A stretch of 64,000 nucleotides of DNA from Macrostomum lignano (GCA_002269645.1 NIVC01002566.1:97205-161204), one strand, 5' to 3'. Positions 34,933 to 47,284 are shown, numbered from the stretch's first letter. Numbers and translations are program-made. The notes: generated by a model not told the origin, from the sequence alone.

Positions 34933-37383
34933 CTGGATTCCCTTGATTTGCCAATTGCCATCCACTGTTAAACTGCTGCAGAGTTTGCCAATACAAAGGG
35001 GAGGGCTGTGGTTAGAATTTCTCACTAAACTGTAATGGCTAATTGTAGCCTCTCAACTCTCAAGGTCCAGAGAAGGCTATAAATAAAGTTATTCCAAAAC
35101 ACTATACATTTGCTATGTACATTTGGCCTTATCGCCTGACCCTTGGTCTGGCTCTGGGGGAATGAGTGAGTAAGTGGCACAAACAACAGAAAAAGCAGAC
35201 AAACTTCACACGCTTACAGTTTCTTTTTTGAATGAGTTACAGAGTTGTAACTTTACATTTAGACAGAGAATGAGTCAATGAAGAATTGTGTCAAATTTGA
35301 AGTCAATTGCTTTGCGTGGAGCAAACTTAAAGCAGCCATTTTAAAGGTCATTTTAAAACCTATTTACACCCTTTGCCCAGATTGGGAAAGAGAGAAGGGC
35401 AGGCAAAGGTTGGGGTGGCTGTCTTGCTGACAAAAAACAGTCTAACTTGAAAAGTGCACAATGCTGTTCAGGATTAACTTTGAGACTTGAAATTTTTTAC
35501 AATTGTGCCAAAATAGTTGAAGATTGTCTGTGTCAAATTTGAAGAGAATCGGTAAAAGTGGAGCGGCACTATGGAGGATTTAGTGAAAAATTGTGCATTT
35601 TAAGCAGTTTTTTGCACTTTTAGGTAGGAAGAAGACTTGAGTCTAGTAAATTTAAAGGTAGCCTAAGACATTCTCTGTAGTGAGTTTAGGGTAGGTGTAA
35701 AGTTTAGTGTCATTTGGTTAAGCAGTTTGGGAGTCCATAGTGATCAAAATTGTCCATAAACAGACCAAGACAGAGTTTTGATTTTTATATGTAGAGATAT
35801 ATAGAATACTTATTTTTATAGAGTAATGGCAATCTACGGAATATAACAACTACTATATTTCCATAGTCATATATGCCCAACCTCAAAATTTTATCTGTCC
35901 GGTGAAACTTAGTTTTGTCCAGATTTGCAACTTATTTCTTTTAAATTTCAACTTAGTTCCCTAATTATGACTTAATTTTTACTTTGTATATGACTTTTCT
36001 TGCCTTTTTTCTTTTTTTCTCTTTTTCTTTTTCTTACTTTTTCTTTAAATTTTTTGTTTTTATCATTTTAAATTTTGCAATTTCCATAGTCATAGCCATA
36101 AGAATAGCTATCTACTGATTCTACTATAAGCTATAGTTGCTATAGGCATCTATTTTACCATATTTGCTATAAGATCTTATAGCTATAACTATGGCAAAAC
36201 ACTATATACAACTATTTTTTCTTATAGTCAAAAGGGTAACATTTGAAAATGCAGCAATCATAATATATTTGTAACAATTATAAGTTCACATATATTAGAC
36301 TTTTGTATTCAAAATATTTTTGATAAAATTTATAAATAGTTAAAATTAGACCTAGATTTGTGTAGGCATATTTGGTAACCTTGTGAAAAATTTACCAATA
36401 GCAGTAATATTAACTTGTGATCTATTTTATGATTCTTAGCTAACAATAAAAAAGCTTTATGAATATTAATAGACCAATAACTAAGGCAAAACATATTAAA
36501 AGTTGAGTATTGACTCATTGAGACTAAAACAATAACAACTTTCTATGTTGATAATGAAATTGAAAACTCACTATGTCTATTAATATTTTTTGGAAAAAAA
36601 ACTGCATTGTAAAATCTTCTAAGAAATGGGGTTTCCTATCCTGTGATATCTGAGTAGTCCTTAGTGTATTACTCAAATGTAGAATGCTAATACAACTCTA
36701 AAATCTACATTTCTAACAAAATTCATTTTAACAAATATGTATCTTGACAAATATATGTAAGTCTAATACATATAGATTTGTAACTATTATGACTGTCATT
36801 TTTTTGACTAGGCCTATTGCCTTGTTGACTATTACTTTTCTAACTGTTGCTCAGGATAGAATTCTTGTTCAGGGGTAGGAAAATGCACACGTATGTTTTT
36901 AAAGCAGCGTACAAGCGCGCACACCTGCTGTAAAAATGAGTCATAATGTAGATCATGGCTCATGCGCTAAAATGAAATTTCTAGTTTTTCAATTTTATAC
37001 TGATGTAAATTAAAAAGTTGTAGGCCCTACTTTAAATATAAGTAGCTTGAACACTAAAAAAAGCTTGAACACTATATTTTTTAGAGAAAATATTCTTTAA
37101 AAATTATAACTTTCACTAAACTTCAAAGTAGCTGTTTTTGCTAAAAACTATTATTCTTTGTTGCCTTTTTGATTGGTTCCTATTGAGTCCTATAGTATAG
37201 CTAAACAATACTTCATTCTTATTAATGAATGCTTTACTACTTTGCCAAGAATGCTGAATGCTGACACACATACTAGCCTTTGTTTAAGAATAATAATGTT
37301 GTGATGAGCGCATTTTTATAATCTTTTGGCCTAAGGTAGCTATGACTATAACTTAGAATCTACAATTCTACACCTAGACTAGA

Positions 37384-38019
37384 GGGATGCCCATCAAAAT
37401 GGCCACACGCGGAACGGCCACACGACAAAACAGCCATACCATCAAAATGGCCACATGACAAAATGGCTACATAAAACAAAAAGGGTTGCAGATCAACTTT
37501 GTTCTATTTGTTATGTTAAGGAAGCTTCATTATACTAATTATTTTTAGCTGGTTAAAATGGTTCACAAAGTATCACAAAGTAAAATTTACCACAAAAGTT
37601 AAAAAGTTAAGAGCTTGAATGTCACTTGAAGTTGCACTAAAAAATTCCTGTTGCAATTATCTCCAGCAGCTGCTTAGCAATGATCTCCTGCGCCAGAAAT
37701 CGGCTCATGCCTGGATCACACAGGTGTGCGTTTGTTGGCAGCTTTTCTTCTGTTGGCAGTACAACTTGCCATGACTAAGTAGCTTTTGCTAAGCTGGCAC
37801 AACTTTGACCTCCTTTGTAAGCAGCTGCAGTAGCTAGTACAGAGGGTACTGGCTATGCCGGCGTCCTCTTGTATTAATCCTCTGGTGCCAGCCTTCAATG
37901 TCGTTGTTAGTTTGGATTATTACATTGTGTGGCCATTTTGTCATGTGGCCGTTTTGACGGTGTGGCCGTTTTGTCGTGTGGCTGTTCCGTTCCGCATGTG
38001 GCCGTTTTGACGGCACCCC
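37384..38019 (-). mobile_element. Mutator-like (MULE) deletion derivative with subrepeat TIRs
   Basis: ~90-bp imperfect TIRs of aaaatggccacac subrepeats. Internal decayed frame QTNNDIEGWHQRIN...PLY*LLQLLTKE resembles the MULE transposase C-terminus. Flanks gactaga/aactaga. Confidence 0.78.
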
Positions 38020-39180
38020 AACTAGAGTCATAGAGAGTTGTGAAATAAACCAAAAATATCAAGCTGGTCTAGACTCTAGTTAGTTAGGCATAAATATTAG
38101 TTCATTAGGGCCTAAGAAAGTTAAACAATAAGTTAAAAACCATTAGGGCCTAAGGCATATTAAAAATCATGAAATAGGCCTATAGTGCCTGGTAGATATT
38201 TTTTACGAAATACAATAAAATAGATTAAAGATAACAAATTCAAAACTTACATTTTTTACTGTCTAGGTTACTAGGCCTGCCTAGGCCCTAGGCTTATTTA
38301 TGACAAGCTAGTCAATCAGATTAGGCAAGACAAGAGAGTATGCATTCAATGAACTAAAGAAAGACGAATTTTAGGATCAGAAGATTAGTATATTTGGACT
38401 ACTAAATTGGAAACAAGAACAAGAAGGAGCGGTAATAATATATTATCGTTTAAAACAGCTTTTACTGATCGAACTGTGCAGATTGATTACTTGGCCGTCG
38501 AGCATATATTCTCGACCTATGATTTTAAACCAACTTTCAAAGTAATCAAACAATTTATTATATTAAAAGATAAACAAATTTTAATCTTCATGCATTTAAT
38601 TGTTTGTAAAAATTGAATAATTTTTAGTAAAATAATTACAATAAAAAATTAAATTATTTTATGTTTATTATATACATTTTTCCTATTGATTTTATTGCTA
38701 TTGAAAGTAAATGCAAAAATAAATATTTGTAAGAAAGAGAAAGTTCTAAAGATTTAGTAGGTCTAAACTACATGAAACTGCAACTAACAAGTTTTATTTA
38801 GCTCAGTTGTTTATTAATTAATAAATGAAAGGATTATGCTCATTTATATATCTTGCAGCTGTTTTGATATATTCCTCGTAACTTTGGCCTCAAATCTGAA
38901 ATCAATCACGGACGTAATATTTTATGAGTTTGGTATTGTACACGTTAAACTCGTCTTTACTCTTTCATAATAATTATATCAGTGTACGTAGGCCTAGTAT
39001 ATAGATAATTTAGGGTCGGTGAAAATTCCTTTCGAAGAAACGCTTTGGAAAATTTAATCAATGTTTTTGTTATGATTTCAGTATTTAATTTTCATCTGTA
39101 ATATTCCACTGATAGTGATGTGATAAGCTTATTTAGGTCAAATGAAAGATAAACTTGACATAAATGCCATTCCCCATGTT

Positions 39181-39347
39181 TAGTGGCGCAGCCAGGAATT
39201 TATTTCGAGGGGACCCATTCAGCACCCTGAGCAGGGGGTATAAGGAGGAGGGACTTTTTTTCCAGAATTCCAGGGGGAAAAGCAACTTTCTGTCTGAACT
39301 TTGGGGGGGAGGGGGGCTAGGCTGCGCCCTCCTTGGCTGTGCCACTG
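39181..39347. mobile_element. hAT-type MITE
   Basis: 14-bp TIR tagtggcgcagcca/tggctgtgccactg (2 mismatches); 8-bp TSD cccatgtt/cccatggt. Confidence 0.72.
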
Positions 39348-39434
39348 CCCATGGTAAATATTTTCATTTAAATTTGCACTTATTTCTACTAGGCCTAGGC
39401 TACAATGCAACATAATTCAATAGCCAAGTAGGCC

Positions 39435-40320
39435 AGGTGCCACTGAATTTGTCAACATTTAATTCATCAACTCTGTTGATGAATTTGGCTACCTTAATAG
39501 GCACTGTTGGCGAATTTAGTTATCTGATTAGGCCTGTCCAATATACATGCAGTCTAAAAAATATACTGAAGAAATGAAATTAAGAAAAGACAAAAGCCAA
39601 TTTCGAAAGTAAAACGAAGGCAAATGGTTACATGGTAATACAAACCCATGGTTATTTGTGTATTCATTGTTTATGCAAAAATATAAAGTTAAAATTGCAG
39701 TTAAAATGAAACAAAAAGAATTCTTAGAAGTTCTTAGAAAGAGTCTGAAGAAGTAAAAACTAAAATTAAAAAACTAAAAATTCAATTCAGCATGCTGCAC
39801 CTTTAAAGAAGCTCCACAGGTGTCAGCTCCTGATCGTCATACCTGCAGTACAGTGATTTCAATCAATTGTCTATTTGATGATATTTAGCACGCTTCACTT
39901 GGCCATTTTCACCCTGTAGAACGAGCTGGGCCTGTACATCTGCCAACAGAGCCTCTTTGTGGAGCAGTTCAAATAGCACGTACAGCTGTAACTGGCCTCT
40001 GTAGGTGTGGGTCTTCAAACGACGGTGCCAGCCTTCGACCTCATTGCTAGTTGCACATTCAAGTTGGGTTTGTGTATTCTGATGTATGAAGGCTCTTCAA
40101 TCTTCCAAATATACTATCTTTCTATATACTAAATCTTTTAATTTAAAAGAAGTTTACATTATTGAGATACAAAACAACTTTTATGTCTTTTAGTAATTCT
40201 GCCTCATTTTGCTGAGGAATTCTCTCAGCTTGTTTTAACTGTTGACGAATTCAACTTCCTCCAATTTCTCACATTTTGGGTCTGTTGACAAATTAGATGT
40301 TGACAAATTCGGTGTAACCC
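39435..40320 (-). mobile_element. Mutator-like (MULE) deletion derivative
   Basis: Exact 9-bp TSD aagtaggcc (39426-39434, 40321-40329) and ~30-bp TIR containing gaatttgtcaaca. Minus-strand remnant ATSNEVEGWHRRLK...QLQLYVLFELLHKEA with two in-frame stops (about 40060-39790). Confidence 0.85.
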
Positions 40321-40769
40321 AAGTAGGCCTATCCATTTGCACAAACAACAACATTTGTAGAATACTCAGTAAATATCTAATGCAGTAGGCCTACCCAACA
40401 TGTCAATTTGATAGAGGTTAGAATTTTCAAAGAATGTTCTGCTCTAGAGTAAAATCTGCTATTTGTATGCACCTCATTGTAAATCGGTCCCCTTCTTGCA
40501 TTGGAACATGTCTATCAGATTGTGTTTTGGCTTTGATAAGGTGCATTAATAAGGCATACATAGGGCAAAGCATTGTCTTTCCCTTTTAGTCTTTCCCTTT
40601 GAAGAAAGCCCATCTACTTGTCCAAATTAATAAAATGCCATGCCATGGGATAGACCAGATCTTTGATATGCTCTATTGGCAATAATTCAACAAATATGCC
40701 CCTATATTCAATTTTGCACTCTTAAGCAAGCTTTAAGCAAGCCATGGCAATTGTTTTCTGCAAGAGTGG

Positions 40770-41260
40770 AAAAAATGATATTGCACTTGATAATCCATGG
40801 GTTATTGCACCTTATAAACCAATGATTATTGCACTTGATAAGCCAAGGATTATTGCACTTGATAAGCCATGGGTTATTGCACCTTATAAACCAATGATTA
40901 TTGCACTTGATAAGCCAAGGATTATTGCACTTGATAAGCCATGGATTATTGCACCTTATAAACCAATGATTATTGCACTTGATAAGCCAAGGATTACTAC
41001 ACTTGATAAGCAATAGATTATTGCACTTTGTTAATAAGGGAATATTGCATTAGATAAACCTAGGAATATTGCACTTGATAAGCCAAGGAATATATTTCAC
41101 TTGATTAGCCAAGGATTATTGCACTAGATTAGAAAGGGCTATTGCATTAGCTAAGACATCAATGTTTGGACTTGATGAGTAAAGGATTATTGTACTAGAT
41201 GAGAAAATGATTATTTCACTAGGTGAAAAGCTAATTATTGTGCTAGCTATGACATAGATT
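40770..41260. repeat. 24-bp minisatellite with a 72-bp three-unit higher-order repeat
   Basis: gcacttgataagccaaggattatt variants cycling in threes, decaying rightwards. Confidence 0.88.
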
Positions 41261-42703
41261 GTTGCACAACCTGAAAAAGCAATTATTGTATTTATGGAGA
41301 TAACATTTGCACTAGCTACTTGCTATTGGAGGGATGCTTGCTCTCAAGAGGGGGGGTACTTGCTTTTTGGGAGAGGAGGGTACCTGCTACATGTATAAGA
41401 TTCTTTCTATCTAGGGATGCTTGCTATTTAGGGATTCTTGCTATCTGCAGGATGCTTGCTATCTGCTAGATGCTCTCTATCTAGGTGGATGTTTCAATGT
41501 CTGGGGGATGCTTGCTAGATCTACAGAATGCTTGCTATTTGGGTGGATGTTGCTATCTGGGTGGATGCTTGCTATCTGCAGTTGCTTACTTTTGGAACGG
41601 GATGCTTGCTGTCTTGGGAATATTTTCTATTTAGGAGGAATGTCTGTTATCTTTGTGAAAACTATATTTTGTTGTTTTTTAATTTTAGAAAAAAAAGAGA
41701 TTCATAGCAAACATCTTTGTCCATGACTATTTTACATGAATAAGGCAATTTTTAAAAGTGAGGAAAGAATTGGTGTTTAAGAAAATGTGCTTTTTTAATT
41801 GTTTTCCATGAACTATTTTTGCTCCTTGCTTATTGGGCACCCCAAAGGGGCACCCCAACTTTTTTTAACTTGCAAGCATAGTGGTTACTTCCGTTTGAAC
41901 AGAGAACAGAGGACATATGCTCACACTTTTAATCTAGCAAAAATTTGATAAACTTATTCTTTATAATATTATTGCAAGCTTTGCAGTCTGTTTTCTTGTC
42001 CTTATATCTAACTAATTGTAGCAATGAGAAAAAAGATAATTATTGTCTTTAGAAGCCTAGAATACATATTTTCCAGTCAAAGTTGTTAATCAAAGTCTGT
42101 TTTATAAACTCATCAATTGTGTCTCATGATATATTTTTTGTGTGATAGCGTGCATTATTGCACCAACTTTAGTTATGGTAATTAGCATCCTTTTTTTTCT
42201 AAGCTGGATACCATTAAATTCAAGTATTATGTAGCTCATATTTTTATTTTAAGTAATTGTATATATAAAATTTAATTTTATAGCTAATGGGACTCTGAAG
42301 TGATACATTTTAACAATAAAAGTTTCTACCTAGTTTGAATTTATTTCCCAACCAATCAATGTGCTCCAACAAGCAAAAGCTGAGGACATGACGTGAAAGT
42401 AGTTGTGTATTATCTAAATCATTTCCAATGCTGAAGACTAAAAATGCTATAGAAACCAATGTTGAATTCAAGCAAGAAGCTTTCCCTCAAGGCAACACCT
42501 TGAGATTTTCAACATTCAATAGTTACCTGCCTTCTCTATTATTACAGAGCATAGTAGTAAAGAGTCCTTATAAGACTGTAAACGTCCTGTGGCTACTGTT
42601 TCTAAACTTGAATTCATACAGAATCAAGACATCTGCCTGAAATAGCATTAAAATACTATTAAAACATTTTACAGAGCTTATTTAAAGGCCTAGATCTCAT
42701 ACA

Positions 42704-43174
42704 ATGGCCAGCACTCTTGACACCCTGCTCAATAAGCAGCTGACTGGCGATGCCGGCACAACCAATGGTGACGCCAATCTGTCACCTCAGGAGCGCAGCA
42801 TTTTGCAGCTGTACGCAGCTACAGAAGAGAAACGAGCCGTCTGCTTGCGTCAGCACGCCCAGCAGAGCGAGAAAATCACCGATAGTGTTGTTGATTGCAA
42901 AGTGACGCTACAGTTAATTGCTAGGCGTAGAGGCGAATTGGATCGATTGAGAAGCCTACTGAACAGTAGTAGCGATAGGGACATTGGCGTGCAGCTTCGT
43001 CTATTGGACAATCGCTCTGAATGCTTGGATCGAAACGAAGACTTAACGCTGCGTCAGCTTGAGGAGCTGCGCAAACAGGCTCGGATGTTGGATGAGCAGA
43101 GACTAAACATACTGCACATGGAGGAGGTCAGGGACAGTATAATTGGAAAGTTTGTCAGCCACGGTTCCGACTGA
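42704..43174 (+). CDS. Uncharacterised 156-aa probable coiled-coil protein
   Basis: ATG-initiated, non-repetitive ORF, GC-richer than its flanks, with a heptad-like L/E/R/Q-rich sequence. No family recognised. Confidence 0.6.
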   Translation: MASTLDTLLNKQLTGDAGTTNGDANLSPQERSILQLYAATEEKRAVCLRQHAQQSEKITDSVVDCKVTLQLIARRRGELDRLRSLLNSSSDRDIGVQLRLLDNRSECLDRNEDLTLRQLEELRKQARMLDEQRLNILHMEEVRDSIIGKFVSHGSD

Positions 43175-43380
43175 TTGATTCAAGTTCCAGATTGAAATAT
43201 TTGCAAAAAAAGTATATGTGTATTCCAGCTTCGTCAACTGTTTATAGCCGAACACTTCTGTAAATTAAATTTCTCAACGATATTAGCTTGCTTCCATCAA
43301 AATATAACTTCCAAATTTTCCTTTGTCTGTTGTCGTCCAAAATGTTGTCTTTGTTTAATGTTTAACCCACCATCCAAAAA

Positions 43381-43778
43381 CCTCAGTTGCTGGGCCAGCC
43401 TCGCAGATCCTCAGTTGCTGGGCCAGCCTCCCAGAGTGTCAGTTGCTGGGCCAGCCTCCCAGTTGCTCAGTTGCTGGGCCAGCCTCCCAGATGCTCAGTT
43501 GCTGGGCCAGCCTCCCAGATGCTCAGTTGCTAGGCCAGCCTCCCAGATGCTCAGTTGCTGGGCCAGCCTCCCAGATGCTCAGTTGCTAGGCCAGCCTCCC
43601 AGATGCTCAGTTGCTGGGCCAGCCTCCCAGATGCTCAGTTGCTAGGCCAGCCTCCCAGATGCTCAGTTGCTGGGCCAGCCTCCCAGATGCTCAGTTGCTG
43701 GGCCAGTATCCCAGATGCTCAGTTGCTGGGCCAGCATCCCAGATGCTCAGTTGCTGGGCCAGCATCCCAGATGCTCAA
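43381..43778. repeat. 28-bp minisatellite (ctcagttgctgggccagcctcccagatg), about 14 copies
   Basis: Tandem units; reverse complement of the 3520-4187 unit. Confidence 0.95.
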
Positions 43779-44221
43779 GTTTTCCCCGTTTTTTTAAATT
43801 TCCGTTTTCACAGCTTTTCGATTTGGTGCAGGGTTCATTTTCATGTTTTAATTTTTTGATTGACAATGTTTGGCTTGCAACACAGGTAATTATCATTGTA
43901 CCATAGCTTTATCGCTAGCTGCCTGCTTAAAACTATTTGGCTTGAGTCTTTCAATTTGATTAATAAAAGTGGAAGTTGTTATTGTCTTAATTGCTGTCTT
44001 AATAAATAGCGAAATTCCTTAATTATTGTTGTTTTTACGCTGTCCTTCATTTGCCGGAGATTCGGAATGAAACTAATTAAATAAAATATTATTTTTGACT
44101 TGATTTTTCATTTGGTTAATAGCGTGTGTTTTGTTTCAGCAACTGTTTTATTTGTTAATCTTTTTTGTTTTGATGACTTCATCTTTTTGGAAAGTGTCCG
44201 ATTCTGGGTTTAATTTTTCCT

Positions 44222-45925
44222 CCTTAATGCTCAAGTACCCCTTACTTGAAGCCTCTTTAAGGATTAGAGTCTCCTTAATGCTTAGAGTCTCTCCTTAATG
44301 CTTAGAGTCTCTCCTTAATGCTTAGAGTCTCCCCTTAATGCTTAGAGTCTCTACTTGATGCTTAGAGTCTCTCCTTAATGCTTAGAGTCTCTCCTTAATG
44401 CTTAGAGTCTCTCCTTAATGCTTAGAGTCTCTACTTAATACTTGGAGTCTCTCCTTAATCCTTAGAGTCTCTCCTTAATCCTTAGAGTCTCCCCTTAATG
44501 CCTAGAGTCTCTCCTTAATGCTTAGAGTCTCTATTTAATACTTAGAGTCTCTACTTGATGCTTAGAGTCTCTCCTTAATGCTTAGAGTCTCTCCTTAATG
44601 CTTAGAGTCTCTCCTTAATGCTTAGAGTCTCTCCTTAATACTTAGAGTCTCTATTTAATACTTAGAGTCTCTCCTTAATGCTTAGAGTCTCTCCTTAATG
44701 CTTAGAGTCTCTCCTTAATGCTTAGAGTCTCTCCTTAATACTTAGAGTCTCTATTTAATACTTAGAGTCTCTATTTAATACTTAGAGTCTCTCCTTAATG
44801 CTTAGAGTCTCTCCTTAATGCTTAGAGTCTCTCCTTAATGCTTAGAGTCTCTCCTTACTGCTTAGAGTCTCTCCTTAATGCTTAGAGTCTCTCCTTAATG
44901 CTTAGAGTCTCTCCTTAATGCTTAGAGTCTCTCCTTAATGCTTAGAGTCTCTCCTTAATGCTTAGAGTCTCTCCTTAATACTTAGAGTCTCTCCTTAATG
45001 CTTAGAGTCTCTCCTTAATGCTTAGAGTCTCTACTTAATCCTTAGAGTCTCCCCTAATCCTTAGAGTCTCCCCTTAATGCTTAGAGTCTCTACTTAATAC
45101 TTGGAGTCTCTCCTTAATCCTTAGAGTCTCCCCTTAATGCCTAGAGTCTCTCCTTAATGCCTAGAGTCTCTCCTTAATGCTTAGAGTCTCTATTTAATAC
45201 TTAGAGTCTCTCCTTAATGCTTAGAGTCTCTCCTTAATGCTTAGAGTCTCTCCTTAATGCTTAGAGTCTCTCCTTAATGCTTAGAGTCTCTACTTAATAC
45301 TTGGAGTCTCTCCTTAATCCTTAGAGTCTCCCCTTAATGCTTAGAGTCTCTCCTTAATGCTTAGAGTCTCTCCTTAATGCTTAGAGTCTCTACTTAATCC
45401 TTAGAGTCTCCCCTAATCCTTAGAGTCTCCCCTAATCCTTAGAGTCTCTCCTCAATGCTTAGAGTCTCTATTTAATACTTAGAGTCTCTACTTGATGCTT
45501 AGAGTCTCTCCATAATGCTTAGAGTCTCTCCTTAATACTTAGAGTCTCTATTTAATACTTAGAGTCTCTCCTTAATACTTAGAGTCTCTCCTTAATGCTT
45601 AGAGTCTCTCCTTAATCCTTAGAGTCTCTCCTTAATGCTTAGAGTCTCTCCTTAATACTTAGAGTCTCTATTTAATACTTAGAGTCTCTCCTTAATGCTT
45701 AGAGTCTCTCCTTAATGCTTAGAGTCTCTCCTTAATGCTTAGAGTCTCTCCTTAATGCTTAGAGTCTCTCCTTAATGCTTAGAGTCTCTCCTTACTGCTT
45801 AGAGTCTCTCCTTAATGCTTAGAGTCTCTCCTTAATGCTTAGAGTCTCTCCTTAATGCTTAGAGTCTCTACTTAATACTTAGAGTCTCTACTTAATGCCT
45901 GGAGTCTCTTCTTAATGCCTGGAGA
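44222..45925. repeat. 20-bp minisatellite (cttagagtctctccttaatg), about 80 copies
   Basis: Tandem units. Confidence 0.97.
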
Positions 45926-46000
45926 TTCCTTCCTTCCTTCTTGACATTTAAATCCGCAAATTTGTTTAAATGCTTGAATCGAACATTTCTCTTTCCGTAG

Positions 46001-47047
46001 ACCTCAGCCATCGCTGCAGCAGTGGCCGCTGGCGGCTGCTGCCTTCTGACGTTTCTAATAATCCGTCGACATCAAAAGAACCGCCGGCGACTTCACGATT
46101 TGCCATCAGCACTGCAATCTGCAATACACAGCGACTGCGGCTTCAGTGGCGCCGGTATTGTGGTCACAGGCGCCGGGGCTGGCTTAGGCGCGGAGCTAAT
46201 TAAACACCTGTTAGGCACTAATTTGCCAGCTCTGATTGTGGGTACTAATAGGCCAATGCCCGGCTGTCAAGACTCTATTGAGGACAATCCAGACGAAGTG
46301 CTTCGACGTCTGTTTGTCGATTTTGGCGATGTGAAATCCATTCGACAATTTGCCGATCGTCTGACTGAACTGTTTCGTCAGCGAGGTGTTCGGTTGAGCC
46401 ATCTGGTTTGCAATGCCGGAGTCTTCTTTCCGGCCGAGCCGCTGTCGCGAGACGGTCTGCCAATGCATTTGGCCGTGAATTTTATTGCCAACGTGGAGCT
46501 TGTACGCCTGTTGCTAGGCAATGGCTTGTTAGAGCCGGGATACACCCGCGTATTGTTGGTGTCCTCTTCTCTTAGCAGTAGAGGCGTTGCTACGGAAGCT
46601 AGTACACTTATAGACGTTGCTAAGGATGTTGCTAAGGATGTTCCTAAGGATGTTGCTAAGGACGCCCGTGGGCTCAAAACTCAATCGTCTGCCGCACTCT
46701 ATGCAAATAGTAAACAATGTTTAAATTTGTTGGCTCAACATCTGCATAAAAATCTTGGCGTTCACGCTTGCGCCGCATTCACTGGCGGTCCAGTTGCTAC
46801 CAGGTTGCTACGGCCGCCATGGATACCCAGATTTTTACAAGCGCCGTTCCTATGGCTTTTATCGTTGGTATTTCAATCGCCAGAAGTGGTTGCTGCGGAT
46901 CTGTTTGGGCTGATGTGCCGCCCAGATGTGACTTCCGGTCGGGTCTACTCTGCCGGTCGGCAGGCCGACTGGCCGCTGGAACTTCCGGCTGATCGTTTGG
47001 CGGAGTTCGTCGCTGATTACGAGCGGCTGCTGATGAGAATTGAGTGA
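46001..47047 (+). CDS. Short-chain dehydrogenase/reductase, RDH11-14/WWOX-like, with an N-terminal membrane anchor; 5' start not in this exon
   Basis: TGAGAGLG Rossmann motif, CNAGV, SSS, YANSK (YxxxK). Hydrophobic N-terminus TSAIAAAVAAGGCCLLTFLII directly follows the acceptor ctctttccgtAG (45999-46000); no in-frame ATG before the Rossmann motif. Confidence 0.85.
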   Translation, partial: TSAIAAAVAAGGCCLLTFLIIRRHQKNRRRLHDLPSALQSAIHSDCGFSGAGIVVTGAGAGLGAELIKHLLGTNLPALIVGTNRPMPGCQDSIEDNPDEVLRRLFVDFGDVKSIRQFADRLTELFRQRGVRLSHLVCNAGVFFPAEPLSRDGLPMHLAVNFIANVELVRLLLGNGLLEPGYTRVLLVSSSLSSRGVATEASTLIDVAKDVAKDVPKDVAKDARGLKTQSSAALYANSKQCLNLLAQHLHKNLGVHACAAFTGGPVATRLLRPPWIPRFLQAPFLWLLSLVFQSPEVVAADLFGLMCRPDVTSGRVYSAGRQADWPLELPADRLAEFVADYERLLMRIE

Positions 47048-47083
47048 AACTCCAAATTTTCTGTTTGTTTACAATGAATAGCG

Positions 47084-47181
47084 ACAGTAAATAAATTACA
47101 GTAAATAAATTACAGTAAATAAATTACAGTAAATAAATTACAGTAAATAAATTACAGTAAATAAATTACAGTAAATAAATT
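47084..47181. repeat. 14-bp tandem repeat (acagtaaataaatt) x7, each unit containing AATAAA
   Basis: Starts about 40 nt after the SDR stop codon. Confidence 0.92.
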
Positions 47182-47284
47182 GAGGAGTCATTTTCTTGAC
47201 CTAATTTTGGCACCGTTTTATGGTTTCATTTTTTAAATTGTGTATCTAATTTTATATCTTTTTGCGAAATATATTTACAATGTA

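Larger units (their letters stand above)
31907..35454. repeat. Tandem duplication: copy A 31907-33696, copy B 33704-35454, 7-nt filler aggctag
   Basis: Near-identical ~1.8-kb blocks that both start taaaagaaacctaaaatttcc and end gtctaacttgaaaag; a few SNPs and indels. Confidence 0.93.
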
